From Candidatus Omnitrophota bacterium (GTDB lineage: Bacteria; Omnitrophota; Gorgyraeia; B26-G9), in contig JBDRPX010000006.1 in assembly GCA_043826565.1 (NCBI GenBank), positions 14,456-78,455 on the forward strand: DNA of 64,000 nucleotides, given 5' to 3'. A program made the position numbers and the translations under genes. Each line of letters opens with the position of its first letter. The stretch's first letter is position 1. Under the pieces are notes generated by a model. The model saw only the letters and a list, made by a program, of their open reading frames with translations. It did not search any database and had not been told where the DNA came from. This document shows positions 36,373 through 45,592 of the stretch, one piece after another.

Positions 36373-38790
36373 TTATTGTATTAATTGTTTTGCTACTCTT
36401 ACTGCTTCTACGCCGTCTCCGGCATATTCCGCGCCCAAAGACTGCGCATAAGATCTTGTTACCACCGCGCCCCCGACAACAAAACAGCATTTAAGGTTTT
36501 CTTTTTCGGCCATGGCAATAACTTCCTTCATATTTACCATGGTCGTAGTCATCAAAGCGGATAAACCGACAATCGGAGTTTTATGTTTTTTTATTTCCTT
36601 GATAATCCTGGCCGAAGTTACATCTTTACCAAGATCGATCACCTCGAAACCGTGATTTTTAAGCATCAAAGCCACGATATTTTTACCGATATCATGAATA
36701 TCTCCCTCTACCGTAGCCATAATAACAACTGTTTTTTTCACGGATTTTTTCCCGTCTTTTTTTAAATACGGCTCCAAACAATCAAAAGCTTTCTTCATGG
36801 TTTCGGCACTGGCGATTAATTGCGGCAGAAAATATTCTTTTTTATCAAAGAGCTCTCCCACCTTATTGATCGCCGGGATCATATATTCATTTACCAATAT
36901 ACCGGCCGCAATTCCCGCGGAGAGCGCCTGCTTAACATATAGCTTAATATCATCGCGATTACCCTCCATTACCGCACGTACTATCTGCTGCTGCGGGGTA
37001 AGCACTTTGTCATCTTTATCCACAAATTTTATTATCTGCGCATGGAATTTTCGGTAATACGCAATGTACGCAGCAGCATCTTTATCTTTACCAAGTAAAA
37101 CAGCTTCCGCTTTTTTATTAAACACCTCTGCTTTTGCCTGCGGATTAATAATCACCATGGACAGCCCGTTTTTTTTGAGCATCTCTAAATATGTCGCATT
37201 AACCAAAACCCGTCCCGGCAAGCCGAAGGAAATGTTGGAAAGCCCGAGAATTGTATTTGCTTTTAATTTTTTTGTGCACCAGGCAACAGTTTTCAATGTT
37301 TCTATCGCCGCGCGCGGATGCGATGACACCGTCATAACCAAGCCGTCGACAGCAATATCACTCGCCGTAAATCCGAATTTCTTAGCCTGGCTTAAAATTG
37401 AATTAATGATCTGTTTGCGCCTTAAAAAAGTTTCCGGAATTTCCTTTTCCGTTAGAGGAAGTAAAATAAACATCGCTCCGTACTTCCGGGCAATCGGTAA
37501 TAATTTTTTAGTTTTTACTTTTTCCGCGGAAACAGAATTAATCAGTGCCCTTCCCGGATATATACGCAAGGCATTTTCCACCGCCTTTACATCCGAAGAA
37601 TCGATAACCAGAGGCAAGGAGCTGTTTATTGATAATAACTTAACCGCTTCTCTCATCACTTTTTTTTCATCAATACCGGAAACCCCGACATTGACATCTA
37701 AAACACTCGCTCCGTTAGCTTCCTGGTCTTTAGCCATCTGCCGGACTAAGTTCATCTTGCCTTGACGTAATTCTTCCTGTAATAATTTCTTTCCGGTAGG
37801 ATTGATCCTCTCTCCAACCTGAACTAGTTCATGTTTACCTTCAAGCAATATGAATTTACGCGCGGAACTAAGCGCACTGATCCCGGAACGCTTTTGCCGA
37901 ACCGGTTTTTTACGGCTGATTTTCTGCCCAAGCGCTTTAATATGCTCCGGAGTAGTACCGCAGCATCCGCCCATCATGTTTACCCCGGCTTTTATGAACG
38001 CCGGCCCAAACGAAGCGAATTCTTTTGCCTGCATTTCAAATACTGTTTTCCCGTTAACCAGTTTAGGCATCCCCGCGTTCGGTTTAGCAATAAGCGGCAC
38101 AGTCGCATACGGCTTGACAAGTTTGATCCATTCCATCATCTGTTTAGGCCCCGCGGAACAGTTGCATCCGACCGCATCCGCGCCTAAACTTTGTAACGTG
38201 ATTAAAGCGGTTACCGGATCAGTTCCGTTTAATGTCCGGCCGTCTTTTTCATAGGTCATTGTGACCATAGTAAAAGCATCCGTAAGCTCTTTAACGGCAA
38301 TTAATGCCGCCCGGGCTTCCTGGATATCCATCATAGTCTCAATTACAAATAAATCAACTCCGCCGCTAATCAGCCCTTTTACCTGCTCTTTAAAAACCTC
38401 AACCATCTCTTCAAATAATACCGGCCCAAACGGCTCCACAAACTTCCCTGTCGGACCGATATCTCCGGCCACAAAGGCCTTACCCGCCGCAGCTTTTTGG
38501 GCGATCCGGGCAAGCTGCTTGTTTATACGCTGAACATTTTTTGCGTTTTTATACTGCGTAAGTTTAAAACGGTTAGCTCCGAAGGTGCAAGTATAAATAA
38601 TATCCGCGCCCGCGGCGATATAATCGTTATGCACGGCTTTGATTAGGTCCGGATTTTCCCCACACCATACTTCCGGGCATACTCCCTGCGGCATACCGCG
38701 TTTTTGCAGTTCCGTCCCCGTAGCCCCATCCAATAACATAATCCGTTTTTTTAAAATGTTTTTAATTTTTTGATTTCTGTTTTCTGACAT
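36373..38790 (-). CDS. metH: Cobalamin-dependent methionine synthase lacking the reactivation domain
   Basis: LDGATGT, GCNCS, GGCCGTTPEHI (Hcy domain), GERINPTGK (pterin domain), GDIHDIGKNIV and SALMTTT (B12 domain); ends after the B12 domain. Confidence 0.92.
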   Translation of the reverse strand: MSENRNQKIKNILKKRIMLLDGATGTELQKRGMPQGVCPEVWCGENPDLIKAVHNDYIAAGADIIYTCTFGANRFKLTQYKNAKNVQRINKQLARIAQKAAAGKAFVAGDIGPTGKFVEPFGPVLFEEMVEVFKEQVKGLISGGVDLFVIETMMDIQEARAALIAVKELTDAFTMVTMTYEKDGRTLNGTDPVTALITLQSLGADAVGCNCSAGPKQMMEWIKLVKPYATVPLIAKPNAGMPKLVNGKTVFEMQAKEFASFGPAFIKAGVNMMGGCCGTTPEHIKALGQKISRKKPVRQKRSGISALSSARKFILLEGKHELVQVGERINPTGKKLLQEELRQGKMNLVRQMAKDQEANGASVLDVNVGVSGIDEKKVMREAVKLLSINSSLPLVIDSSDVKAVENALRIYPGRALINSVSAEKVKTKKLLPIARKYGAMFILLPLTEKEIPETFLRRKQIINSILSQAKKFGFTASDIAVDGLVMTVSSHPRAAIETLKTVAWCTKKLKANTILGLSNISFGLPGRVLVNATYLEMLKKNGLSMVIINPQAKAEVFNKKAEAVLLGKDKDAAAYIAYYRKFHAQIIKFVDKDDKVLTPQQQIVRAVMEGNRDDIKLYVKQALSAGIAAGILVNEYMIPAINKVGELFDKKEYFLPQLIASAETMKKAFDCLEPYLKKDGKKSVKKTVVIMATVEGDIHDIGKNIVALMLKNHGFEVIDLGKDVTSARIIKEIKKHKTPIVGLSALMTTTMVNMKEVIAMAEKENLKCCFVVGGAVVTRSYAQSLGAEYAGDGVEAVRVAKQLIQ

Positions 38791-38798
38791 CTGTCTTC

Positions 38799-39425
38799 CT
38801 AACTATTTAATAGTTTAATTCCCGCAACCGCGGTTACTGATTTTTCCGGCTGCAATATAAAATTATCCGACACGGATACGCCCAAATCATTAAACTTGAT
38901 CAAATCACATATAAGCTTTTGATTTTCCAAACTAAAATCACCATAACCGGCAGAGAATCTTCTTTTAGTCAAACACTGATTTTCCCGGCGCAATACATTA
39001 TTAAAATAACTCACCATCCACGCCAAAGCCACATCGGTCATTTCACTGGCCGCCGCGTCATAGACAACCGCAGCAGTTATATCTTTACCTTCTCCCTGAA
39101 CATGGATTTCCCGGACGATATCTGCCCCGGAAGTCGCGCCCATTACCAGCACTTGTCCGCACCCTTGAAAAAATTGAACCAGGTCAGCACTTTTAAACTC
39201 AACTCCCCGGCTAAGCTTTACAATATCATCTTTTAATTCCCTTATCTCTAAACGTAAAGCCGCTCCCTTAAGCTCAATTAAAGACAAGGCCTGATCGATA
39301 TAAAGCTCTGTCTGCTGTTTCTGCTTCTGATTAAGCTTTGTCTTGGCGCGGGAATATCCCAATCGGGCATATATCCGTTCCCGCGGCGCATTAACATTAA
39401 TAGGATTAAACACTTCGATATTCAT
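38799..39425 (-). CDS. Stand-alone methionine synthase reactivation (AdoMet-binding) domain protein
   Basis: RFSAGYGDF and L.PEKSVTAVAG motifs; directly upstream of metH. Confidence 0.85.
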   Translation of the reverse strand: MNIEVFNPINVNAPRERIYARLGYSRAKTKLNQKQKQQTELYIDQALSLIELKGAALRLEIRELKDDIVKLSRGVEFKSADLVQFFQGCGQVLVMGATSGADIVREIHVQGEGKDITAAVVYDAAASEMTDVALAWMVSYFNNVLRRENQCLTKRRFSAGYGDFSLENQKLICDLIKFNDLGVSVSDNFILQPEKSVTAVAGIKLLNS

Positions 39426-39523
39426 AATATCCTCTGATTATTAAAATTTTTTAATTAGAGATATTATACCATAAACAGACTAACTGAAGGAAGAATCATC
39501 CGGTAAGAAATTTTGAATTATTT

Positions 39524-40789
39524 TTAGGCGATCAGATCTTTTACCAGCTCATCATTAAGCTGCTCCGTAAGCAGACTGTCTTTAACTGAGCTAATATCCG
39601 CGTCTTTTTCTATTAATTTCATAAAGATATCACTGCCGGTAATATTACCAACGCCGGTAAAACCAATGATTTTATTATTCACCAGGAGTACTTTCTTATA
39701 CACACTATTCTCTTCGTCTAAGAAAAGCAATTCTTCAGTTGCCGCAAAAGCGGAATCTGCGCTCTTACCAAAGAATAACAGAGGCATTGCGGAAAACTCC
39801 GTTTTTTTATCCCACGCGGTTCGCGTAAAGCGAAGCATTTCATTCTCTTTACCGTGTAATTTGGCGATAACATTAGCCCCGGCAATCCGGCCTTGCTCTA
39901 AGGCATTAGCCCAGGACATCGGCATTTTAATCTCATAACCTTCCGGAGTAAAAACCCGCGTTACATCTCCGGCGGCAAAAATATTATCATCTGATGTCTT
40001 CATATTCTGGTCCGTAATAATCCCGTTATCTTGTTTTATATCCGTATCCTGGACAAGACGTGTCCGGGGAGACTTAAATTTATCAACGATCAATATCCCG
40101 CAGCCGATTACTTTTCCGGAATCAAGTTTTATTGCTTTCACATCACTTTCTCCGAAAATCTCAACAATTTCACTCTCCGGAATAAACTCAATACCTTTAT
40201 TCTGCAAACGTTTCAACAGAACTGAAGAAGCCTGCGCATCTAAAGAATCACTAAGCAAACGATTATCCTGAGTAATAATTTTTACATCCAACCCGCGCAG
40301 GCTTAAGCCATACGCTGCTTTTAACCCGGCAATACCCGCTCCCCAAACACATACCGTATGGGAAAACGCGATAAGCGTGGAAATATCTCTTAAATCATCT
40401 ACGGTCCTAAATTCAAAAACCCCCTGTTTATTGATGCCTTTGACTTCTTTAGGAGGCTTCATCATTGATCCGGTAGCAATAATTAAATAATCATATTCAA
40501 TTTTGCTTTTATCTTCAAAGACAACGCATTTTCTTTTAGTGTTTACTTTTTCCACCTTTTTCCCAAGCTCAAGATTTATATTCAGCTCTTCGTAAAATTC
40601 CTTCTGGCGGAAAAGAAGATCCTTATCCGTAACCGTTCCGATAAGCACATCGCCAAGAAGATAGCGGTAATACGCCAGCCGGTTCTCTACAGAAACAATA
40701 GTAATCCCGGCTTCTTTATCTTTTTCCCTTATCGCCTCAGCCGCGCTTACCCCGGCGGCGGAATTTCCCACAATAACAATCTGCTTCAT
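39524..40789 (-). CDS. FAD-dependent pyridine nucleotide-disulfide oxidoreductase family protein
   Basis: IVIVGNSAAG, YDYLIIATGS, FRTVDD, GAGIAG, IFAAGDV; NirB/rubredoxin-reductase-like C-terminus (YKKVLL..NKIIG). Confidence 0.85.
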   Translation of the reverse strand: MKQIVIVGNSAAGVSAAEAIREKDKEAGITIVSVENRLAYYRYLLGDVLIGTVTDKDLLFRQKEFYEELNINLELGKKVEKVNTKRKCVVFEDKSKIEYDYLIIATGSMMKPPKEVKGINKQGVFEFRTVDDLRDISTLIAFSHTVCVWGAGIAGLKAAYGLSLRGLDVKIITQDNRLLSDSLDAQASSVLLKRLQNKGIEFIPESEIVEIFGESDVKAIKLDSGKVIGCGILIVDKFKSPRTRLVQDTDIKQDNGIITDQNMKTSDDNIFAAGDVTRVFTPEGYEIKMPMSWANALEQGRIAGANVIAKLHGKENEMLRFTRTAWDKKTEFSAMPLLFFGKSADSAFAATEELLFLDEENSVYKKVLLVNNKIIGFTGVGNITGSDIFMKLIEKDADISSVKDSLLTEQLNDELVKDLIA

Positions 40790-40804
40790 CTTTTACTCTC
40801 TACT

Positions 40805-41662
40805 TTATTTTAATTGCAATTCTGTCGCGTGAACAAGATTACGCATTAATACCGCGACGGTTAGCGGCCCCACTCCTCCGGGGACCGGGGTAATAATGCT
40901 GGCCTTTTCACAAGCTGCGGCAAATTCAACATCACCGACAAGTTTTCCATCCACGGAATTTATGCCCACGTCAATGACCACTGCGCCTTCTTTAATCGAT
41001 TCTCCCCTGACCATCTCAGCCTTACCCACAGCCACGATCAAAATATCCGCTTTATTTATATGTCCATTCAATTGACCGGCTTCGGCGGTAGCAATATGGC
41101 ATACGGTTACGGTAGCAAAATGCTGCATAAGCATAACTGATAAAGGCCGGCCGACGATCTGGCTATGCCCGATGACGACAGTTTCTTTACCGTAAAGATC
41201 AACTTTCGCCGCAGCCAGTAATTCCATGACCGCGCAGGCCGTACAAGGAGCAATATCCCATTTACCTAATAATACATTACCTAAATTTTTCGGATGTACA
41301 CCTTCGACATCTTTATTAGAACGGATATAACCGCGCACACAGGTCACATCCAGATGTTCCGGCAGAGGCATCTGTAAGATAATCCCGTTAACTTCCGGAT
41401 CATTATTTAAATTTTTTATTAACTCGATAAGCTGCTTCTGGGAAACATCTCCGGGAAGCTGTTTTACAATATGATCAACCGAGAGTTTCTCCGCAACTTT
41501 ACGCTGGGATTCCAGATAATGCGCTGACTCGAGATTTTCTCCGACCTGAATCGCACAGAGCGTTGGTCTTAGCTGATATTTTTGCTCTAACTGCTTTATG
41601 GCCGCTGCCGTTTCAGCTTTAATTTCATTAGCTCTGTCTTTACCATAAAGTAATTGCGCCAT
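40805..41662 (-). CDS. folD: Methylenetetrahydrofolate dehydrogenase (FolD family, possibly monofunctional)
   Basis: GIILQMPLP, KDVEG, PCTA, VIDVGIN, ITPVPGGVGPLTVA; the YxxxK motif reads YLESQ. Confidence 0.93.
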   Translation of the reverse strand: MAQLLYGKDRANEIKAETAAAIKQLEQKYQLRPTLCAIQVGENLESAHYLESQRKVAEKLSVDHIVKQLPGDVSQKQLIELIKNLNNDPEVNGIILQMPLPEHLDVTCVRGYIRSNKDVEGVHPKNLGNVLLGKWDIAPCTACAVMELLAAAKVDLYGKETVVIGHSQIVGRPLSVMLMQHFATVTVCHIATAEAGQLNGHINKADILIVAVGKAEMVRGESIKEGAVVIDVGINSVDGKLVGDVEFAAACEKASIITPVPGGVGPLTVAVLMRNLVHATELQLK

Positions 41663-41663
41663 A

Positions 41664-42275
41664 TCACATCACCTTCTCAACTTCCGCGATAACCTTACGT
41701 TTTAACCCGGCGACACTTTTTGATAATTCGGCTAATTGTTTTTTCGCCGTACTGATAAATTTTTTATCTTTTATATATTTTAAATTTATCCGGACATTTA
41801 ACAGCGCGCTATAATAAGCACTCTCAAGCATATACACCGAACACCCGGCATCAGTAATCAGATTAACATTGCCGATTTTAGCGATCTCGGCGCATACTTT
41901 CATGGCTTCTTCAGATAATACGCATATTTCTAAAGGAAGTTCCGCGGCACTTTTTAAATTTTTCTGGATCAGATTAGATCTTTGAGAGCTGTCTTTAGAC
42001 ATCTTAAAAGTATCATGCAGTTTAAGAAAAATCACCACATCTTTATCCATCAGCAGTTCCGCGCTCTTGCGCAAAGCTTCATTTTTCTTTAACAGCTTCC
42101 GGATATTAGCCTGCACCCGAGCGTAACGTTTATTGCCGATAGTAAAGTTCGCCACCATACTGCTTAAAGCAATCCCCACACAAGCGGCTAAAGCCGCGGC
42201 ACTTCCGCCGCCGGGAACAACTTCTCTAGAAGCTAAGTCATCGATGTACTTTTTAAGATTTTTTTTAATATACAT
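41664..42275 (-). CDS. fchA: Cyclodeaminase/cyclohydrolase family protein (FchA-like)
   Basis: PGGGSAAAL, MVANFT, GNVNLITDA, NVRINL; 1 nt gap before folD. Confidence 0.85.
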   Translation of the reverse strand: MYIKKNLKKYIDDLASREVVPGGGSAAALAACVGIALSSMVANFTIGNKRYARVQANIRKLLKKNEALRKSAELLMDKDVVIFLKLHDTFKMSKDSSQRSNLIQKNLKSAAELPLEICVLSEEAMKVCAEIAKIGNVNLITDAGCSVYMLESAYYSALLNVRINLKYIKDKKFISTAKKQLAELSKSVAGLKRKVIAEVEKVM

Positions 42276-42306
42276 AAATTATCCCCAATATTCAGACAAG
42301 GACTTC

Positions 42307-42335
42307 ATTGTACTCGTTTTCCCCAAATGAGTCAA
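42307..42335 (-). promoter_or_regulatory. Putative sigma70 promoter of fchA-folD
   Basis: TTGACT-17 nt-TACAAT on the minus strand. Confidence 0.65.
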
Positions 42336-42357
42336 GACAAGGCATCACCTTAACTGT

Positions 42358-42501
42358 TCAGGTCTTTTTTCTTCGGTCTTCTCCGCTTCTTCTTTCCCGG
42401 TAGGTTCGGCGCTCATCCCCTTTAAAACCAAAAGCTCCATACCCCTGCCGTCGAACCCGCTTACCTTTTCGCCTGTCTTTTTGTCTGCGTTCTTGCTCCA
42501 T
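42358..42501 (-). CDS. 47-aa Arg-rich microprotein with ERR/DRR repeats (not in ORF track)
   Basis: Manual translation MEQERRQKDRRKGKRVRRQGYGAFGFKGDERRTYRERRSGEDRRKKT; AAGGAG RBS just upstream; fills an otherwise empty 290-nt gap. Confidence 0.7.
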   Translation of the reverse strand: MEQERRQKDRRKGKRVRRQGYGAFGFKGDERRTYRERRSGEDRRKKT

Positions 42502-42564
42502 ACCGCTCCTTTTTTTACTTTACTAATAAATTAATACTCTTTGGCAAATTTATTGATCTTTGTT

Positions 42565-43287
42565 TTAAATTTTTTTGTGAAATAAAATATCTGTCTTCTT
42601 TTTTAAAAACAAGATCACTAAAAAAACCAAACAACCGGTCCCGAAGATTACACGCCATCCCGTAGCTAATTCCAGTTTCCCGGTAACAACTACATCCCCG
42701 ACAATCTCAATAAGGGTAAATCCCAAAATTATGGCAAAGAATCCATTAAATTCTTTTCTGAGAACCTTGCGCAGGGAAAAAGGCTGGCTGGGTTTTTTCC
42801 ACCCGGTGATTTTCGGGATAAAAGAAGGCGTGTTCTTTACCCAGGCATTGTATTTTTCTTCGAACTTCCTTCTTAAGAACGCTTCTTCGGCTAATATAAT
42901 AAACTTGTAATAAATGAAAAAAATTACAACACTTAATAAAGTTAAGCCCCAGAGATTGACAAAAAGCAGGATGCCTAACCAAATAATAAAATTACCTAAA
43001 TAGAGCGGATTTCTTACTACAGAATAAATCCCCGTAGTATTTAACGTGTCGGCCACTTGTTTATCGGTATTTCTCCCGGAGGTTCCATCCGGAGCATGTC
43101 CCACAGTATAAACCCTTATTCCAAAACCCAAAAAACTTATCAGAAAACAAATTACTTCCCAAAAATCATCCATCTTTTCGCTGGAATCAACATACTTAAA
43201 ATATCTCAAGCTGAATATTATTAACGCGAAAATTATAAAAGGCAAATGCCCCCGCCACTTAAAAAACCAGTTTCCGATCTTCTCCAT
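42565..43287 (-). CDS. ICMT/PEMT-family membrane methyltransferase (lipid A phosphate methyltransferase LmtA-like)
   Basis: GTSGRNT..QVADTLNTTGIYSVVRNPLYLGN, EEAFLRRKF, TPSFIP motifs; multi-TM. Confidence 0.8.
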   Translation of the reverse strand: MEKIGNWFFKWRGHLPFIIFALIIFSLRYFKYVDSSEKMDDFWEVICFLISFLGFGIRVYTVGHAPDGTSGRNTDKQVADTLNTTGIYSVVRNPLYLGNFIIWLGILLFVNLWGLTLLSVVIFFIYYKFIILAEEAFLRRKFEEKYNAWVKNTPSFIPKITGWKKPSQPFSLRKVLRKEFNGFFAIILGFTLIEIVGDVVVTGKLELATGWRVIFGTGCLVFLVILFLKKKTDILFHKKI

Positions 43288-43388
43288 ATGCTCTTATTCA
43301 TTCCTTCCTAGTTGTTTTTAATTAAGGTATGGCTATTTTACAATATATTTCTTTGTTTTCCAATAAGTTAAAATAATAATTATATTTC

Positions 43389-44024
43389 TCACTGTAAATA
43401 CGCACCTTCTTTGGCTAAAGCCGCCATATGGTTTTCCAGTGTATCCATAAATGATGCCCGGTCCCCGGTCCATTGAAAACTATCACCGATAAACACGTCA
43501 CAGAAAAACGGCACCAGGATGGCTTCTCCTTTAGGCAGAGCTTTTCCCAGTCCCTGCATAAAAACAGGAGTTATCGCAACCAAAGGCATCTGCTCCGCGA
43601 TCCGGCTTATCCCGGATTTAAAAGCAGACATTTTTTCCGGCTCTCCGCGGGAACCTTCCGGGAAAAAGATCAGAATATCATTGTTTTTCAAAGCATCATA
43701 ACATCCGGCAAATATATCTTCCTTAACATGACGAATATCTCTTCTTAAAGGAATGATCCTGATGATCTTTTGTGAAAACCAGGCCAGTAAAGGATTTTTC
43801 AAAAAATAGTCCATAGCCGCAACCGGCCGGACAATCTTTAATGCCTGGCGGGAAAGAATAGTCATCAGGACCATTGTATCCAAATGGCTATTATGATTGG
43901 CCACGATTATCGCCGGCCCTTTATCGGGCAGCTTCTTGCGATTACGGACATTAATGCCCAGCACAATATTTACAATCAGCCGGACAAAAAAATTGAAGAA
44001 AATATATCTAAGGATTATATTCAT
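43389..44024 (-). CDS. 1-acyl-sn-glycerol-3-phosphate acyltransferase family (PlsC-like)
   Basis: NHNSHLD, AAMDYF, FPEGSRG, FKSG. ATG at 44024 abuts the upstream stop (the track starts at 44048). Confidence 0.88.
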   Translation of the reverse strand: MNIILRYIFFNFFVRLIVNIVLGINVRNRKKLPDKGPAIIVANHNSHLDTMVLMTILSRQALKIVRPVAAMDYFLKNPLLAWFSQKIIRIIPLRRDIRHVKEDIFAGCYDALKNNDILIFFPEGSRGEPEKMSAFKSGISRIAEQMPLVAITPVFMQGLGKALPKGEAILVPFFCDVFIGDSFQWTGDRASFMDTLENHMAALAKEGAYLQ

Positions 44025-44025
44025 A

Positions 44026-44952
44026 TTAATAATAAAAATAACGGACAAAATGAAAGAACAAGGGAGCGGTATAGGTCAGGCTGTCGATCCTATCGAGTAT
44101 TCCCCCATGCCCCGGAAGCATTGTTCCGCTGTCCTTTACCCCCATATCCCTTTTCAGCGCGGAGATACTTACATCACCGATAAACCCGGCGACGCTGATG
44201 ATCAATCCGGTCATAACAGAATGCACCGCACTCAAAGGCGTCAATATTGGGGCAATAAAAAAAGCCAGTACACAAGTAACAATAACTCCGCCGATAAACC
44301 CCTCATATGTCTTATTCGGGCTTACTTTGGGAATTATTTTATGCGCACCAAACATCTTTCCGGTAATATACTGCGCCACATCATTAAACTGCGTAAGAAA
44401 AACCAGGTATAATACCCAGCCGCCGTTTCCGGCAACCAATCCGCTGATCTGGGGCATCACCAGCAAAAACGAAACATGGCTGATACTGTATATCGTGGTC
44501 ATCAATCCCCAGTGCAGTGTTCCCGCGGCATTTAAAAATCCTTCGGTCTTACCGATAAGCACCATGCGCAGCGGCAGGAACAAAAACATATACAAAGGAA
44601 TAAAGATCAGAAACATCCCGTACCATCCGGAATAGACCCAGTAATACTGTATCGGAATAGCCAGATAAGCCCAGAACAATACCCGGTGGTCTGCCCGGCG
44701 CGTCGGGATCATAGATAAATATTCTTTAAGTGCCATAAAACTCAAAAATCCGAAAAACAAAATTGATATTCTCCTGGATAAAATCATCGCCAGGGAAAAG
44801 ATCGCCACCATTATCCACCAGGACTGTATTCGTTTGGATAATTCCGTATAGTCTTTTTTGGGGTTGAGCTTTTTTAAAACATAGACCACCATACTGGCGA
44901 GGACCAGCATCCCAAACAATCCGGATAAGCAGACAATCATATTAAACGGCAT
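44026..44952 (-). CDS. Phosphatidate cytidylyltransferase (YnbB-like)
   Basis: RIQSWW, NDVAQY..GK.FG, SPNKTYEG, SALKRDMGVKDSG.MLPGHGGILDRIDSL. Confidence 0.9.
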   Translation of the reverse strand: MPFNMIVCLSGLFGMLVLASMVVYVLKKLNPKKDYTELSKRIQSWWIMVAIFSLAMILSRRISILFFGFLSFMALKEYLSMIPTRRADHRVLFWAYLAIPIQYYWVYSGWYGMFLIFIPLYMFLFLPLRMVLIGKTEGFLNAAGTLHWGLMTTIYSISHVSFLLVMPQISGLVAGNGGWVLYLVFLTQFNDVAQYITGKMFGAHKIIPKVSPNKTYEGFIGGVIVTCVLAFFIAPILTPLSAVHSVMTGLIISVAGFIGDVSISALKRDMGVKDSGTMLPGHGGILDRIDSLTYTAPLFFHFVRYFYY

Positions 44953-45559
44953 TTTTACTCACCTCGCACAAAGCGCTCCTTATGCGGTTAACTATTGTTA
45001 ATAATAACAGCACCGCGATTATTCCCAGAATAATCGTATATATTCGCGCGGTAAACAAACCAAATCCGATAAGCAAAGACAGCAGCCCGAAGACAAACGC
45101 CCGGTCGCTCTTGCCCATGGGGCCATTGTATTTTCTTTGGCCGCCGATCTGCACACTGACCACTCCGGCCATTTCACTGATAACCCCTAGTAAAACAATC
45201 GCCACCACACACATCCCATTTATATCTTTTATCAAAGCAAACGGCAGATACAAAGCAATATCTGAAAATACATCTCCGAGTTCATTCAGCACCGCGCCAA
45301 AAGAAGTTTTCATGCCAAACTCCCGGGCCAACATTCCGTCAATGGCATTTAACGCCATGCGCACAAACAAAACCGCGGGAATAATAAATAATATCTTTTC
45401 ATTTTCGCGAAAAAACACAATCAATCCTCCGGCAATAAATGAAAGAATTATCGCGCTAAAGGTAACCCGATTAGCCGTAATCCCGGCCTTGGCCAGATTT
45501 TTAGCCAAAGGCCTTAATAAATCCTGAAACTTAGGTTTAATATCGTATATCGACGCCAT
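44942..45559 (-). CDS. CDP-alcohol phosphatidyltransferase (YnbA-like)
   Basis: SIYDIKPKFQ.LLRP, RMALNAIDGMLARE, GAVLNELGDVFSD, GPMGKSDRA. Confidence 0.9.
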   Translation of the reverse strand: MASIYDIKPKFQDLLRPLAKNLAKAGITANRVTFSAIILSFIAGGLIVFFRENEKILFIIPAVLFVRMALNAIDGMLAREFGMKTSFGAVLNELGDVFSDIALYLPFALIKDINGMCVVAIVLLGVISEMAGVVSVQIGGQRKYNGPMGKSDRAFVFGLLSLLIGFGLFTARIYTIILGIIAVLLLLTIVNRIRSALCEVSKNAV

Positions 45560-45592
45560 ATAAATATCCTTCTTTTATGTTAATCTAACATT

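Noticed and set aside
39426-39523. SAM or cobalamin riboswitch upstream of the metH genes
   Set aside because: The gap is under 100 nt, AT-rich, contains a TATAAT box close to the start and lacks the conserved aptamer motifs.
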